Translations under genes and position numbers: made by a program
NCBI GenBank assembly: GCA_044869275.1
Contig: JBIOXB010000174.1
Location: 1 to 28,317 of the forward strand
Origin: a bacterium
Lineage (GTDB): Bacteria; Zhuqueibacterota; Zhuqueibacteria; Zhuqueibacterales; Zhuqueibacteraceae
DNA length: 28,317 bases
Direction: 5' to 3'
Notes under the pieces: model-generated
What the model was told of the DNA's origin: nothing
Database searches by the model: none
Seen by the model: the letters and a program-made list of their open reading frames with translations, nothing else
Shown here: piece after piece, positions 9,674 to 18,144 of the stretch
How the letters are laid out: each line of letters begins with the position of its first letter
How positions within the stretch are numbered: position 1 is the first letter of the stretch

Positions 9674-10609
9674 TCAAAAATCATCGCACAGTTTGTAAGC
9701 CTCGAGTACTGCGATCTCGCCTTCTTTGCCCGGCGTGGCGTTGCCATGTTCCATGCCCAACACGCCGCGATAGCCCTTGCTGTGAATATGCTTGAACACA
9801 TTGCGATAATTGATTTCGCCGGTGGTCGGCTCCTTGCGGCCGGGATTGTCGCCAATCTGGAAGTAGGCAATCTCGTCCCACGCGAGCTCCATGTTTGGAA
9901 TCAAATTGCCTTCGGTGATTTGCTGGTGATAAATGTCGAACAGAATTTTGCACGCCGGGCTGGCCACGGCTTTGCAAATCATAAAAGCCTGAGGAATTTT
10001 CGACAAAAACATATTGGGGTGATCGCGAAAGGGATTGAGCGGCTCCAGCACCATGATCAGTTGATGCGGCGCAAAAATGTCCGCGGCGCGCTTGAGGCTT
10101 TCGATGGCATTGGCGGTTTGATAGCCCATTTCGAGCTTGTGATAGAGATCGCCCATCACCACCGTCATCCACTTGGCGTTGACGCGCTTGGCCACCTCCA
10201 CCGCCTCGCGGCAGTCGCTGAGGAATTGTTCGCGCATGTCCTTGTCGCCGCTGGTGAAGCTGGGCTGGCCGAAACCGTTGCTGTTGGCCACAAACACGCC
10301 CATGGTCATGTTGCGGCGCGCCAGCTCCGCACCGATTTTTTCTTGCGTTTCTTTGGGGCGCTTGCGCATGTCATTGTCCTCGAGCGCCGCAAAGCCTTGG
10401 TCAGCCATGAATTTCAACTGGTCGATCAACTCTTCGCCCGCGTGATGCTTGAACATGCCGAAGTGCGGCGCATATTTGTTTTTGAAGGAATGTTTTCCCT
10501 GGGCTGAAGCCGGCGTGCCTGGCGCTGCGGAGCTCCCTGCCGGCGAAGCCGTGAGGGCGGTAACGCCCGCGGCCAATCCGGTTTTCATGAATTCCCTTCG
10601 TTTCACCAT
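9674..10609 (-). CDS. hydroxypyruvate isomerase-like TIM-barrel protein with Tat signal
   Basis: MVKRREFMK Tat motif; YAPHFGMF, VLEPLN, ILFDIYHQQI, FQIGDNPGRKEPTTGEINY, GMEH. Confidence 0.88.
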   Translation of the reverse strand: MVKRREFMKTGLAAGVTALTASPAGSSAAPGTPASAQGKHSFKNKYAPHFGMFKHHAGEELIDQLKFMADQGFAALEDNDMRKRPKETQEKIGAELARRNMTMGVFVANSNGFGQPSFTSGDKDMREQFLSDCREAVEVAKRVNAKWMTVVMGDLYHKLEMGYQTANAIESLKRAADIFAPHQLIMVLEPLNPFRDHPNMFLSKIPQAFMICKAVASPACKILFDIYHQQITEGNLIPNMELAWDEIAYFQIGDNPGRKEPTTGEINYRNVFKHIHSKGYRGVLGMEHGNATPGKEGEIAVLEAYKLCDDF

Positions 10610-10639
10610 GTTCTCCCTGCGCTATTCCATTACAAATGA

Positions 10640-10746
10640 AATTTGTGCTTTTTGAACAAAGAAATCCAAAGCCCAAAGCCCAAAACTCAAAACCACTCTT
10701 GGATTTTGTGTTTTGAATTTTGGGTTTCCCGCTTGTCCGGGCTAGG
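10640..10746. repeat. dispersed 7-mer hairpin element, copy 1 (MITE/REP-like)
   Basis: ATCCAAA GCCCAAA GCCCAAA ACTCAAA accactc TTGGATT TTGTGTT TTGAATT TTGGGTT then CCCGCTTGTCCGGG; a near-identical copy lies at 15599-15696. Confidence 0.8.
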
Positions 10747-10747
10747 C

Positions 10748-12040
10748 CTATGTGGTTCGACTTAGCTTGGTGACGCCCGGCACGGCCACCGGCGGCACCG
10801 GCATCGGTCCGAAACTAAAGCTCTTGGGCGTAATATCAAGCTCGGAATTCAAGATTTCATCCCACGTGATCGCCTGCCCGGTGTAGGCCGCTTCGCGGCC
10901 CATGATCGCCGAGAGTGTGCTCTCCGCCACTTGCCGGCCTTCGTTGAGCGGCTGGCCCTTGCGAATGCTGGCGATCAAATCCGTGTGTTCTTGCACGTAC
11001 GGATTCGGCGCTTCGACTTCCGAGCGCCAGGGCTTGGCGCCTTTGATCCAGGACGAAGCATTCGAAGTGCCTTTGGTGCCCACCAAATGCTCGCTCACTT
11101 GCGAGGCTGTGCCGTCGATTTGCCGGCACATGCTCAACACGCGCGCGCCGTTGGGATATTCGAACTCGATGGCGAAATGATCGAAAATGTGGCCATAGGC
11201 GGGATCGACGCGCACTTGCCTGCCACCCATGCCCAGGGCTTTGACCGGATGCGCCTGCAACGCCCAATTCGCAACGTCGAGGTTGTGAATGTGCTGTTCC
11301 ACGATGTGATCGCCGGAAAGCCAGGTGAAATAAAGCCAATTGCGCGCCTGCCATTCCATGTCGGTCCAGCCGGGCTGGCGCGGGTGCATCCACAATCCGC
11401 CCTGATTCCAATAAACCTGCGCCGTGACCAGGTCTCCGATCGCGCCGCCGTGAATGCGCTTCATCGTTTCAACGTAGCCGAGGTGATGCCGGCGCTGCGT
11501 GCCCGCGACGATGGCGAGATTTTTTTGCCTGGCCAGATCAGAGGATGCAAGAACCGAGCGCACACCGGCGGGATCGACGGCGACCGGTTTTTCCATGAAC
11601 ACATGCTTGCCCGCTTCAATGGCGGCTTTCAGATGCATGGGCCGAAACCCCGGCGGTGTTGCCAGCACGATCAGATCGACGTCGCTGGCGATCACATTAT
11701 TATAGGAGTCGAAGCCGACGAAGCAATGCTCGTCTGTGACTTTGAGGCGGTCGCCGATGGCGTTACGCAGTTGTTCTCGGCATTGGCTCAAACGATCTTG
11801 AAAGAGGTCACCCAATGCGACAATCTCGATGCCCGGCGAGGATTGGACGCAATCTTTCGCAGCGCCCGTGCCTCGTCCGCCGCAGCCGATCAACCCGACG
11901 CGAATGGTTTCGGAGGTGGCAGAGCCAAAAGCAAAATTGCCTGCAGCCATCAAACCGGCAGTGGCGGCGGTGGTGGTTTTGATGAAGTCTCTGCGCGTCA
12001 GCGGCAGGCCGGATTTTGAAGTGTCCATATTGTTTTCCAT
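10748..12040 (-). CDS. Gfo/Idh/MocA family oxidoreductase with Tat signal
   Basis: LTRRDFIK; IRVGLIGCGGRGTGA, ATPPGFRP, FMEKP, GDHIVEQHIHNLD. Start at 12040 after GGAGA. Confidence 0.92.
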   Translation of the reverse strand: MENNMDTSKSGLPLTRRDFIKTTTAATAGLMAAGNFAFGSATSETIRVGLIGCGGRGTGAAKDCVQSSPGIEIVALGDLFQDRLSQCREQLRNAIGDRLKVTDEHCFVGFDSYNNVIASDVDLIVLATPPGFRPMHLKAAIEAGKHVFMEKPVAVDPAGVRSVLASSDLARQKNLAIVAGTQRRHHLGYVETMKRIHGGAIGDLVTAQVYWNQGGLWMHPRQPGWTDMEWQARNWLYFTWLSGDHIVEQHIHNLDVANWALQAHPVKALGMGGRQVRVDPAYGHIFDHFAIEFEYPNGARVLSMCRQIDGTASQVSEHLVGTKGTSNASSWIKGAKPWRSEVEAPNPYVQEHTDLIASIRKGQPLNEGRQVAESTLSAIMGREAAYTGQAITWDEILNSELDITPKSFSFGPMPVPPVAVPGVTKLSRTT

Positions 12041-12080
12041 CTCACTCTCCAACTGGTAAACTGTTTTGAGCTTTGTCCGT

Positions 12081-12347
12081 CTAGTTTTTCGCAAACTCGA
12101 GCTCAACCACCGTATCATACGGATCGATCGCATGCTGTGGTATCCGCAGGAGCAAGCCGAGCTCGTTGGCAACAGTTTGCGCCGCGCTTCCGTCCTTGAT
12201 TTTGGAATCGAACATCGCAAAGCCGTCATGATGTTTGCTGGTGATGGTGATATATTTCATGCCGGCCGCTTTGGCAAGCGCAACCCACGCCGCCGGATCG
12301 AACCCCGTGGGATTGAATTGCGGCGGCAGTTTTTCAGAATGTCTCAT
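12081..12347 (-). pseudogene. GH29 alpha-L-fucosidase remnant with 5' truncation and large internal deletion
   Basis: [39 protein letters not shown] is a GH29 signature; it is joined directly to about 40 residues resembling a GH29 C-terminus (IP...DPYDTVVEL). Confidence 0.75.
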
Positions 12348-12356
12348 GGGGCAGTT

Positions 12357-12767
12357 TTAGATCTTGGTCTTATATTTGAAGGATTGTTGCACCAATTTCT
12401 TGAGCGTGGGCAGATGGATATCGTCCAACCGGTTGATATACAGACACCCCTTCCCTGTCTTGTGCTTGCCCAGTTTCTTCAAAAGTTCAGCGCACCGCTC
12501 AAAACCGGCCAGGAGGTAGAGTGTCAAGTTCTGCTTGCGTGGTGAGAAGCCGATGAGGCACATGTCGCCTTCGTGTCCGCTGGCGTAGGCGTAGTGATAA
12601 CTTCCAAAGCCAATGATACTGCTGCCCCACATCTTGGGTTCGGCCTTGGTGACCTGTTCCATGAGCTTGACGAGGGCAAAACAGTCCTGGCGCTTCTGCT
12701 GGTCGGGGATACTGTTCAGGAAGCGCGTAACGCTGCGATTGTTTAGTTTTGTTTTGAGCTCGGCCAA
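12357..12767 (-). CDS. DUF1801 (YdhG-like) domain protein
   Basis: MAELKTK...PKMWGSSIIGFGSYHY...GFSPRKQNLTLY...LGKHKTGKGCLYI; TTG start with AGGAGG RBS. Confidence 0.87.
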   Translation of the reverse strand: MAELKTKLNNRSVTRFLNSIPDQQKRQDCFALVKLMEQVTKAEPKMWGSSIIGFGSYHYAYASGHEGDMCLIGFSPRKQNLTLYLLAGFERCAELLKKLGKHKTGKGCLYINRLDDIHLPTLKKLVQQSFKYKTKI

Positions 12768-12803
12768 GTTGATCTCCTCCTAGTGGAATGGATCTACCGC
12801 AGC

Positions 12804-12930
12804 CTGTGACACGGGTTCATCTTTTTGCTTGCCGCCCAACGTAATAACGTAATATTGATGCTGGGATTGAGGTGGGGCGCCGCATGCCACCTCATCGCAT
12901 GCCGTGCGCAACATGAATGTTGCGTCACAG
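12804..12930. repeat. structured REP-like intergenic element
   Basis: Outer IR CTGTGAC/GTCACAG, with inner hairpins TGAGGTGG...CCACCTCA (about 12868-12894) and CGCAACAT-GA-ATGTTGCG (12907-12924). Confidence 0.5.
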
Positions 12931-12943
12931 TCGGTCTTGATCT

Positions 12944-13966
12944 TCACGGCTCGCACACCACGCGAAAACCCACGAAGGTCGCATCCGAAAGCCACCACCT
13001 GCTCTTCGGCATTTGCGGATCCGTCATGTTCCAGGATGGTGCTTGTTGCGCGCGCGTACCATAATCCAGCTGTCCGGCTTTGCTCATGAATGAGCCGCCG
13101 GCCACGAGCGGAGCACCATCGTTGCCGATCACCCATTCCGCGACGTTGCCTAACATGTCGTGCAATCCCCAAGCATTCGGCGCTTTCGCAGCAACGGGGT
13201 GGGTTTTATCCTCGGCGTTGTCCCAATACCACGCCTGCTGATCCAGTTTTTCTTTTGAAAGTTTTCCAGCAGCGCCGGCGCGGCACGCAAATTCCCATTC
13301 CAAGGCAGTGGGCAAACGAAACTTCTTGCCCGTCTTGGCCGAAAGCCAGCGACAATACTCCTGCGCCGCGTGAATGGTCATGCTCAATGCGGGGTAGCCC
13401 TTGTGCCCGAAACCGCGATCGGGCGCGCCATAGGGCTTGCTCGGCCGTGCGACGGCGTCCAGCGCGCCAATCTTGGGATCACCGGCGCCGTCGAGCTGAA
13501 AAGCATAGTGATCGTATTCGTCCCAGGTCACTTCGTTCTTGCCCATCCACACTGGTTTGATCGCGACCACGCCTTTGCCCTCCGGCAGGCTGGTGTCAGC
13601 AATCGGGATGGTACCGGCCGGCAGCGGTTTCATTTCGAACCTCACCGCAGTGCCGGGAATGTTTGCCGTGAAAGGCGATAGTGCTTGGGTGGAGTGCTGA
13701 GGTTGAAGAATCCGTTGTTCGGTCGCGCGAAAAGCATCGCAACTTTCAAGTTGCGATGTCAGGCCTGTTTCAAATCGCAAGCTTACGCCGTTGCTGCGGT
13801 GATCGTTTTTCTTGGGAGAGGCCAAAACAATAAGGCCACAACTCATGGCCATAACCGTCGCCAGCGCACGCCGCGAGAAAGATCTGTGGTGCGTAAAAAG
13901 GATCCGTAGCCGGAGCGCATCAAGAAACCTGAAGATTTTTGTCCTGCAGCATAGGACTCTGGCCAT
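12944..13966 (-). CDS. FGE-sulfatase (SUMF1/EgtB/PvdO) family protein; start uncertain
   Basis: WMGKNEVTWDEY, AQEYCRWL, FRLPTALEWEFACRAG, PNAWGLHDMLGNVAEW, GFRVV; the ATG overlaps the upstream TGA (TGATG). Confidence 0.85.
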   Translation of the reverse strand: MARVLCCRTKIFRFLDALRLRILFTHHRSFSRRALATVMAMSCGLIVLASPKKNDHRSNGVSLRFETGLTSQLESCDAFRATEQRILQPQHSTQALSPFTANIPGTAVRFEMKPLPAGTIPIADTSLPEGKGVVAIKPVWMGKNEVTWDEYDHYAFQLDGAGDPKIGALDAVARPSKPYGAPDRGFGHKGYPALSMTIHAAQEYCRWLSAKTGKKFRLPTALEWEFACRAGAAGKLSKEKLDQQAWYWDNAEDKTHPVAAKAPNAWGLHDMLGNVAEWVIGNDGAPLVAGGSFMSKAGQLDYGTRAQQAPSWNMTDPQMPKSRWWLSDATFVGFRVVCEP

Positions 13967-14808
13967 CAGAACTGTAACTGTTTCAAATGCTGATAGCTCG
14001 CCGTAATGCTCTGCAGTGGATCCGCGGGGTTGTCGTGCTCAACAAAGTAATGCTTCAAGCCGGCTTGTTTGCTGTGCGCGAAAATCGCGGCAAAATCGAT
14101 CTTACCGCTGCCGACCTCGACCATTTTTTGATCGTCGGCCATGTCTTTTACATGACAAAGTGGAAAGCGTCCAGGCTGTTTTTCAAAGTAAGCGAGCGCA
14201 TCTTGCCCGGCCTTTCGAACCCAGAAAAGATCGAGCTCCATGCCTACGAGTTTGGGGTCGGTTTCGGCGAGCAGAAGGTCGTAGGGTATTTTGCCGTCTT
14301 GCGCTTCAAATTCGAAGTCATGATTGTGATAGGCGAATTGGAAGCCGGCTTTCTGGCAGGCTTCTCCGACTTTGTTGAAAAAGGCCGCATGCTCTTTGTA
14401 TTTTTCCAGCGTGCGGTCGGGTGGCGCCAGCCAGGGGCAGACGAGGTATTGATGCCCGATGATTTTGGAGGTGGCCAGGGTGGCGTCGAGCTTGTCGCGC
14501 AAGAGGTCAATTGAAACATGCACGGACGGGGCCTTCAAGCCAAGACCATCCAGTAGTTTCTTGACGTCTTCCGGCGTGTGGTCAAAATAACCGGCAAACT
14601 CCACTTCTTTATAACCGATTTTCGCTACTTTCTCGAGCGTGCCGGCAAAATCTTGTTTCATCAAATCCCGCACCGAGTAAAGCTGCACGCCGATCTTTTC
14701 CAGCGATTTTTTGGCGGGCAGTGCTGCATGCGCCTGCAACTCTTCCAGATACAAACCGCCCAATGCCGCGCTTGCGGAAATTTTGAGAAAGTCCCTGCGA
14801 TTTATCAT
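13966..14808 (-). CDS. sugar phosphate isomerase/epimerase (TIM barrel) with Tat signal
   Basis: MINRRDFLK; IGVQLYSVR, YHNHDFEF, MELDLFW, HVKD, FVEHD. Confidence 0.9.
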   Translation of the reverse strand: MINRRDFLKISASAALGGLYLEELQAHAALPAKKSLEKIGVQLYSVRDLMKQDFAGTLEKVAKIGYKEVEFAGYFDHTPEDVKKLLDGLGLKAPSVHVSIDLLRDKLDATLATSKIIGHQYLVCPWLAPPDRTLEKYKEHAAFFNKVGEACQKAGFQFAYHNHDFEFEAQDGKIPYDLLLAETDPKLVGMELDLFWVRKAGQDALAYFEKQPGRFPLCHVKDMADDQKMVEVGSGKIDFAAIFAHSKQAGLKHYFVEHDNPADPLQSITASYQHLKQLQF

Positions 14809-14988
14809 TTGGAGCCATCCTCACATTTAGTGTTAGTTGCGCGAGAACCTCGGATCTTCAAAAAAGGCCAAGCATTTCAAAAGCAGCTTTCAATGCGCTT
14901 GATGAAAAACATGCATACCTCCGCTTTTCCGTAAGGCGTAAAATGTAAGGCGCAAGAAGCTTTCTGCAAGGCTTTATGTTTCTGATGA

Positions 14989-15350
14989 CTAGCGCAACTC
15001 TGCCCATGCTCTGTGGTCCACGCGCTCGAGCGGAATGCAGCCGTCGAAGCGATTGGTGGCGGGTTGGAATTGCAACTCATCGTTCGCGCCCACGGTGGAG
15101 GTATAATAGCCGATCAAGGTCAGCTCTTTCAGCACGCCGAAGAACGGCAAGTCGCTCACACCGGCGCGCCGCGCGGCCACGGCTTCGCGATCCAATTCGG
15201 TTAGAATCTCAGTTTGCTCTTCCAGTTTGGCTTGCGCGAAAGGCTTGTTATATTTTTGCAGGAACTGGGCATTAAGAGCGGTGAGTCCGGCGTGGAAATC
15301 GCACCGCCCAACAGTAGCGTGACACGCTGCAGGGCCTCTCTTCGATTCAC
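14989..15350 (-). pseudogene. gluconate 2-dehydrogenase subunit 3 family, frameshifted by an internal deletion
   Basis: GTG at 15350 (RBS GAGGAG) gives NRREALQRVTLLLGGAISTP; a different frame continues FHAGLTAL...PFFGVLKELTLIGYYTSTVGA...FDGCIPL. The usual middle segment is absent. Confidence 0.78.
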
Positions 15351-15410
15351 GGCGCTTCTCCTCTCATTGCGGAGTAATGAGTTGTTTCTTTGCAATCAAA
15401 CAAAGCACAA

Positions 15411-15484
15411 ACCGCAAGTGACGCAAATTTTCGCAGATGAACGATTTATGGAATCATCAGAGTGTTTCCGCCAAATCCGTTGGC
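15411..15484. repeat. degenerate 9/10-mer inverted array
   Basis: ACCGCAAGT GACGCAAAT TTTCGCAGAT ... ATCAGAG..TTCCGCCAA ATCCGTTGG; resembles 19201-19387. Confidence 0.4.
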
Positions 15485-15598
15485 TGGTTTTTCTATTTGG
15501 CCACCGCTGCAAGGGCCTTTTTTATCTCGGCAAAATGGGCCCATGTGAGCGGGCAATAGATAATATATCCCGCATAAAATTGCAAATGAATAGTTAAG

Positions 15599-15696
15599 AA
15601 TCTGTGCTCTGAGCAAAGAAATCCAAAGTTCAAAATTCAAAACCACTTTTGGATTTTGTGTTTCGAACTTTGGGGTTCCGGCTTGTCCGGGTCATG
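15599..15696. repeat. dispersed 7-mer hairpin element, copy 2
   Basis: CAAAGAAATCCAAAGTTCAAAATTCAAAACCACTTTTGGATTTTGTGTTTCGAACTTTGGGGTTCCGGCTTGTCCGGG; matches 10640-10746. Confidence 0.8.
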
Positions 15697-15889
15697 TTTT
15701 ACGAAAGGTCGCAGGCTCGAAAAGGCGGCAAGACGGATGACGCTCACTTTGCAGGGCTTCCGCGTTTAGTAATTTAAGGAAAATGGCGATTAAGTATCAT
15801 GCTCCTTCTGCTCTGGCCAACCGGCTGGAGGCAGAACCCGTGCGCGAGGGCTCGTACGGATGTGTTATATTACAAATCCTGAAAATAAG

Positions 15890-15918
15890 TTGAAATCCGC
15901 TTCATTTTTGATTATCTT
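15890..15918 (+). promoter_or_regulatory. candidate sigma70 promoter for the deoC operon (TTGAAA-17 nt-TATCTT)
   Basis: 17-nt spacer and the same -10 hexamer as the TonB receptor promoter. Confidence 0.45.
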
Positions 15919-16358
15919 CGATGCGTTCCTTCTGGCCATCGTTCTCCCTTGCAGTCGCACGATCAGGAAATCGCTTCTTCGGCGCCGATCAGTTTTCCTT
16001 CCTTAATAGTTCAATTCGCCGACGACCGGGAACGGACAATACTCATGTTACACGATGGGGATGTCTGCCTCGAGTCGAACACCAGGACCCGCAATCCCGA
16101 ATAGGAATCTCGAAGAGTTCTGCAATCGAGATACACTTGTCAGCAAAGTTGACTGAGATCCTCCCACAACCGGACAAACCTTAAATGGCCGTTGAGAAAT
16201 CCGTTCCCTGCCGACATCGGGCGCGATCAAGCCGAGTATGCCAATCAAAGCAAGCGTGAAAATTTTTGCTGGGCGGTTGCAGCCACCAGCGGCTTTGTCC
16301 CGCCCTTGCGGGGTACGCATTTCCTTAGGCGCTGACTCATTCAGGCGAAGATGATACC

Positions 16359-17123
16359 ATGAACATTGAAGACATGAACGCGAAGTTCGCCAAGTTGTTC
16401 GATCACTCGATCGTCCGCCCGGACGCGACCACAGAAGATGTGCGCAAATTTGCAGAGACCGCGGTCAGGCTGAAAACTGCCACGTTAACCGTGCAGCCAC
16501 ATTACGTTCGGTTTGCTGCTGACTTGGTGCAGCACTCCGGAGTTCTGCTGGGAACGGTGGTGGGCTTCCCCCATGGCAACGAAACGCCTGCCGTGAAAGA
16601 ATTCCAAGCCAAAGCGGTTCTTGATCTCGGCGCCGAAGAGATAGACATGGTCATGAATATACCCGCGCTTAAGAACGGCGAAGAAAAACTGTTCATCGAC
16701 GACATTGCAGGAGTCGTCAAGGCTGCGGCAGGTGCGACGGTCAAAGTCATTACGGAAAACTGCTACTTGACACAGGAAGAAAAGCGCCGGGCTTGCCGTT
16801 GGATTGCCCAAGCCAGCGCTCATTTCGTCAAGACCTCGACGGCCTATGCCGAAGGAGGAGCGACGCTGGATGATGTTCGACTCATGTATCAGGCCGTCGA
16901 GGGGAAATGTTATGTGAAGGCCGCTGGAGGCATTCGGGAGATAGATGAACTTCTGGCGTACCTTCAAGCCGGAGCCCGGCGTTTTGGCTCGACCCGGTCT
17001 GACCAATTCATGCGGGCGTTTCAAGAGCTGCCCAGCGCGAAGAAAGCAGCATTCGAGGAGTTCTGCGGCGAAACTCGAAAAGCCGCTGGGCAAGCCGCTG
17101 TCACCCTCAATGGGCGAAGGTAG
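16359..17123 (+). CDS. deoC: deoxyribose-phosphate aldolase-like class I aldolase
   Basis: DHS, VVGFPHG, EIDMVMN, VKVITENCYL, FVKTST (Schiff-base Lys), VKAAGGIR. Confidence 0.88.
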   Translation: MNIEDMNAKFAKLFDHSIVRPDATTEDVRKFAETAVRLKTATLTVQPHYVRFAADLVQHSGVLLGTVVGFPHGNETPAVKEFQAKAVLDLGAEEIDMVMNIPALKNGEEKLFIDDIAGVVKAAAGATVKVITENCYLTQEEKRRACRWIAQASAHFVKTSTAYAEGGATLDDVRLMYQAVEGKCYVKAAGGIREIDELLAYLQAGARRFGSTRSDQFMRAFQELPSAKKAAFEEFCGETRKAAGQAAVTLNGRR

Positions 17124-17175
17124 TGAGGGCGAAACCTGCTCTTTAGTTTTGCCCAGGCAGGAGGCGCACAGTGCG

Positions 17176-17973
17176 ATGCAAACATTGGCTGAAAAAATTT
17201 TGGTCATCATCGGCGGCACCAGCGGCATCGGGCTTTCAGCCGCTGCTGCATTTATTGCCAGAGGCGCTCGCGTGGTTGCGGTTGGCCGCGCGGATGAGCA
17301 TCTCGAAAAGGCGCAAAGATTGTTGGGAGCTGCTGCATTTGTTTTTGCCGGCGAAGTGACGGATGCGGCAATCGCGCCACGCGCCATTGACGAGGCTTTG
17401 CAACGCTTCGGCGGCTTTCACGGGCTCTATCACGTCGCCGGCGGCAGCGCCCGCAAGCTGGGCGATGGCCCCTTGCATGAACTGGCCGACAGCGGCTTGG
17501 AAGCCGCGATGCGCCTCAATTTTTTTTCGGTGGTATATTCCAATCGCGCGGCGGTGAAGACATTCATGGCACAGGGCGCGGGCGGCAGTATTTTGAATTT
17601 GGGCTCAGTCCTCGGTTTTTCGCCTTCACCGCAATACTTTGCCACCCACGCTTATGCAGCAGCAAAGGCGGCTCTTGTCGGTTTCACCAAGTCCATCGCC
17701 GCTTATTACGCGCCTCATGGGATTCGCATCAACGCCATCGTGGCGGCATTAACCGCAACACCCATGTCGCAACGTGCCGCCAATAACGAAGATATATTGC
17801 ACTACCTCAAGACCAAACAACCACTGGAGGGCGGCCGAATCGGCATGCCGCATGATCTCGATGAAGCAGCGGTGTATTTTATGTCAGAGGGCTCGCGCTT
17901 TACCACCGGACAAGTGCTGGCGATCGACGGCGGTTGGATGATCAGCGAAGGGCAACACCACGTTTCGGAGTGA
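17176..17973 (+). CDS. SDR family NAD(P)-dependent oxidoreductase
   Basis: GGTSGIG, YAAAK catalytic motif, TGQVLAIDGG; start at the ATG at 17176 after AGGAGG. Confidence 0.9.
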   Translation: MQTLAEKILVIIGGTSGIGLSAAAAFIARGARVVAVGRADEHLEKAQRLLGAAAFVFAGEVTDAAIAPRAIDEALQRFGGFHGLYHVAGGSARKLGDGPLHELADSGLEAAMRLNFFSVVYSNRAAVKTFMAQGAGGSILNLGSVLGFSPSPQYFATHAYAAAKAALVGFTKSIAAYYAPHGIRINAIVAALTATPMSQRAANNEDILHYLKTKQPLEGGRIGMPHDLDEAAVYFMSEGSRFTTGQVLAIDGGWMISEGQHHVSE

Positions 17974-18116
17974 TGGAGTGGTGGATTAGTGGATTGATGG
18001 ATTGTTGGAGTAGTGGATTGTTGGAGTAGTGGAATAATGGATCGATGGGCTTTCCAGTCTTCCATTGATCCAGCAACCCAACAATCCAGTAATCCAACAA
18101 TCCACCGATCCAGTAT
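17966..18116. repeat. 8-mer tandem-array hairpin with no cargo gene
   Basis: 10 in-phase (T/C)GGA-NNNN units (17966-18045), a short loop, then 8 in-phase (T/C)CCA-NNNN units (18053-18116). Confidence 0.88.
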
Positions 18117-18144
18117 TGCCAGCATTCTTAGAGAGCGTTAGCGT

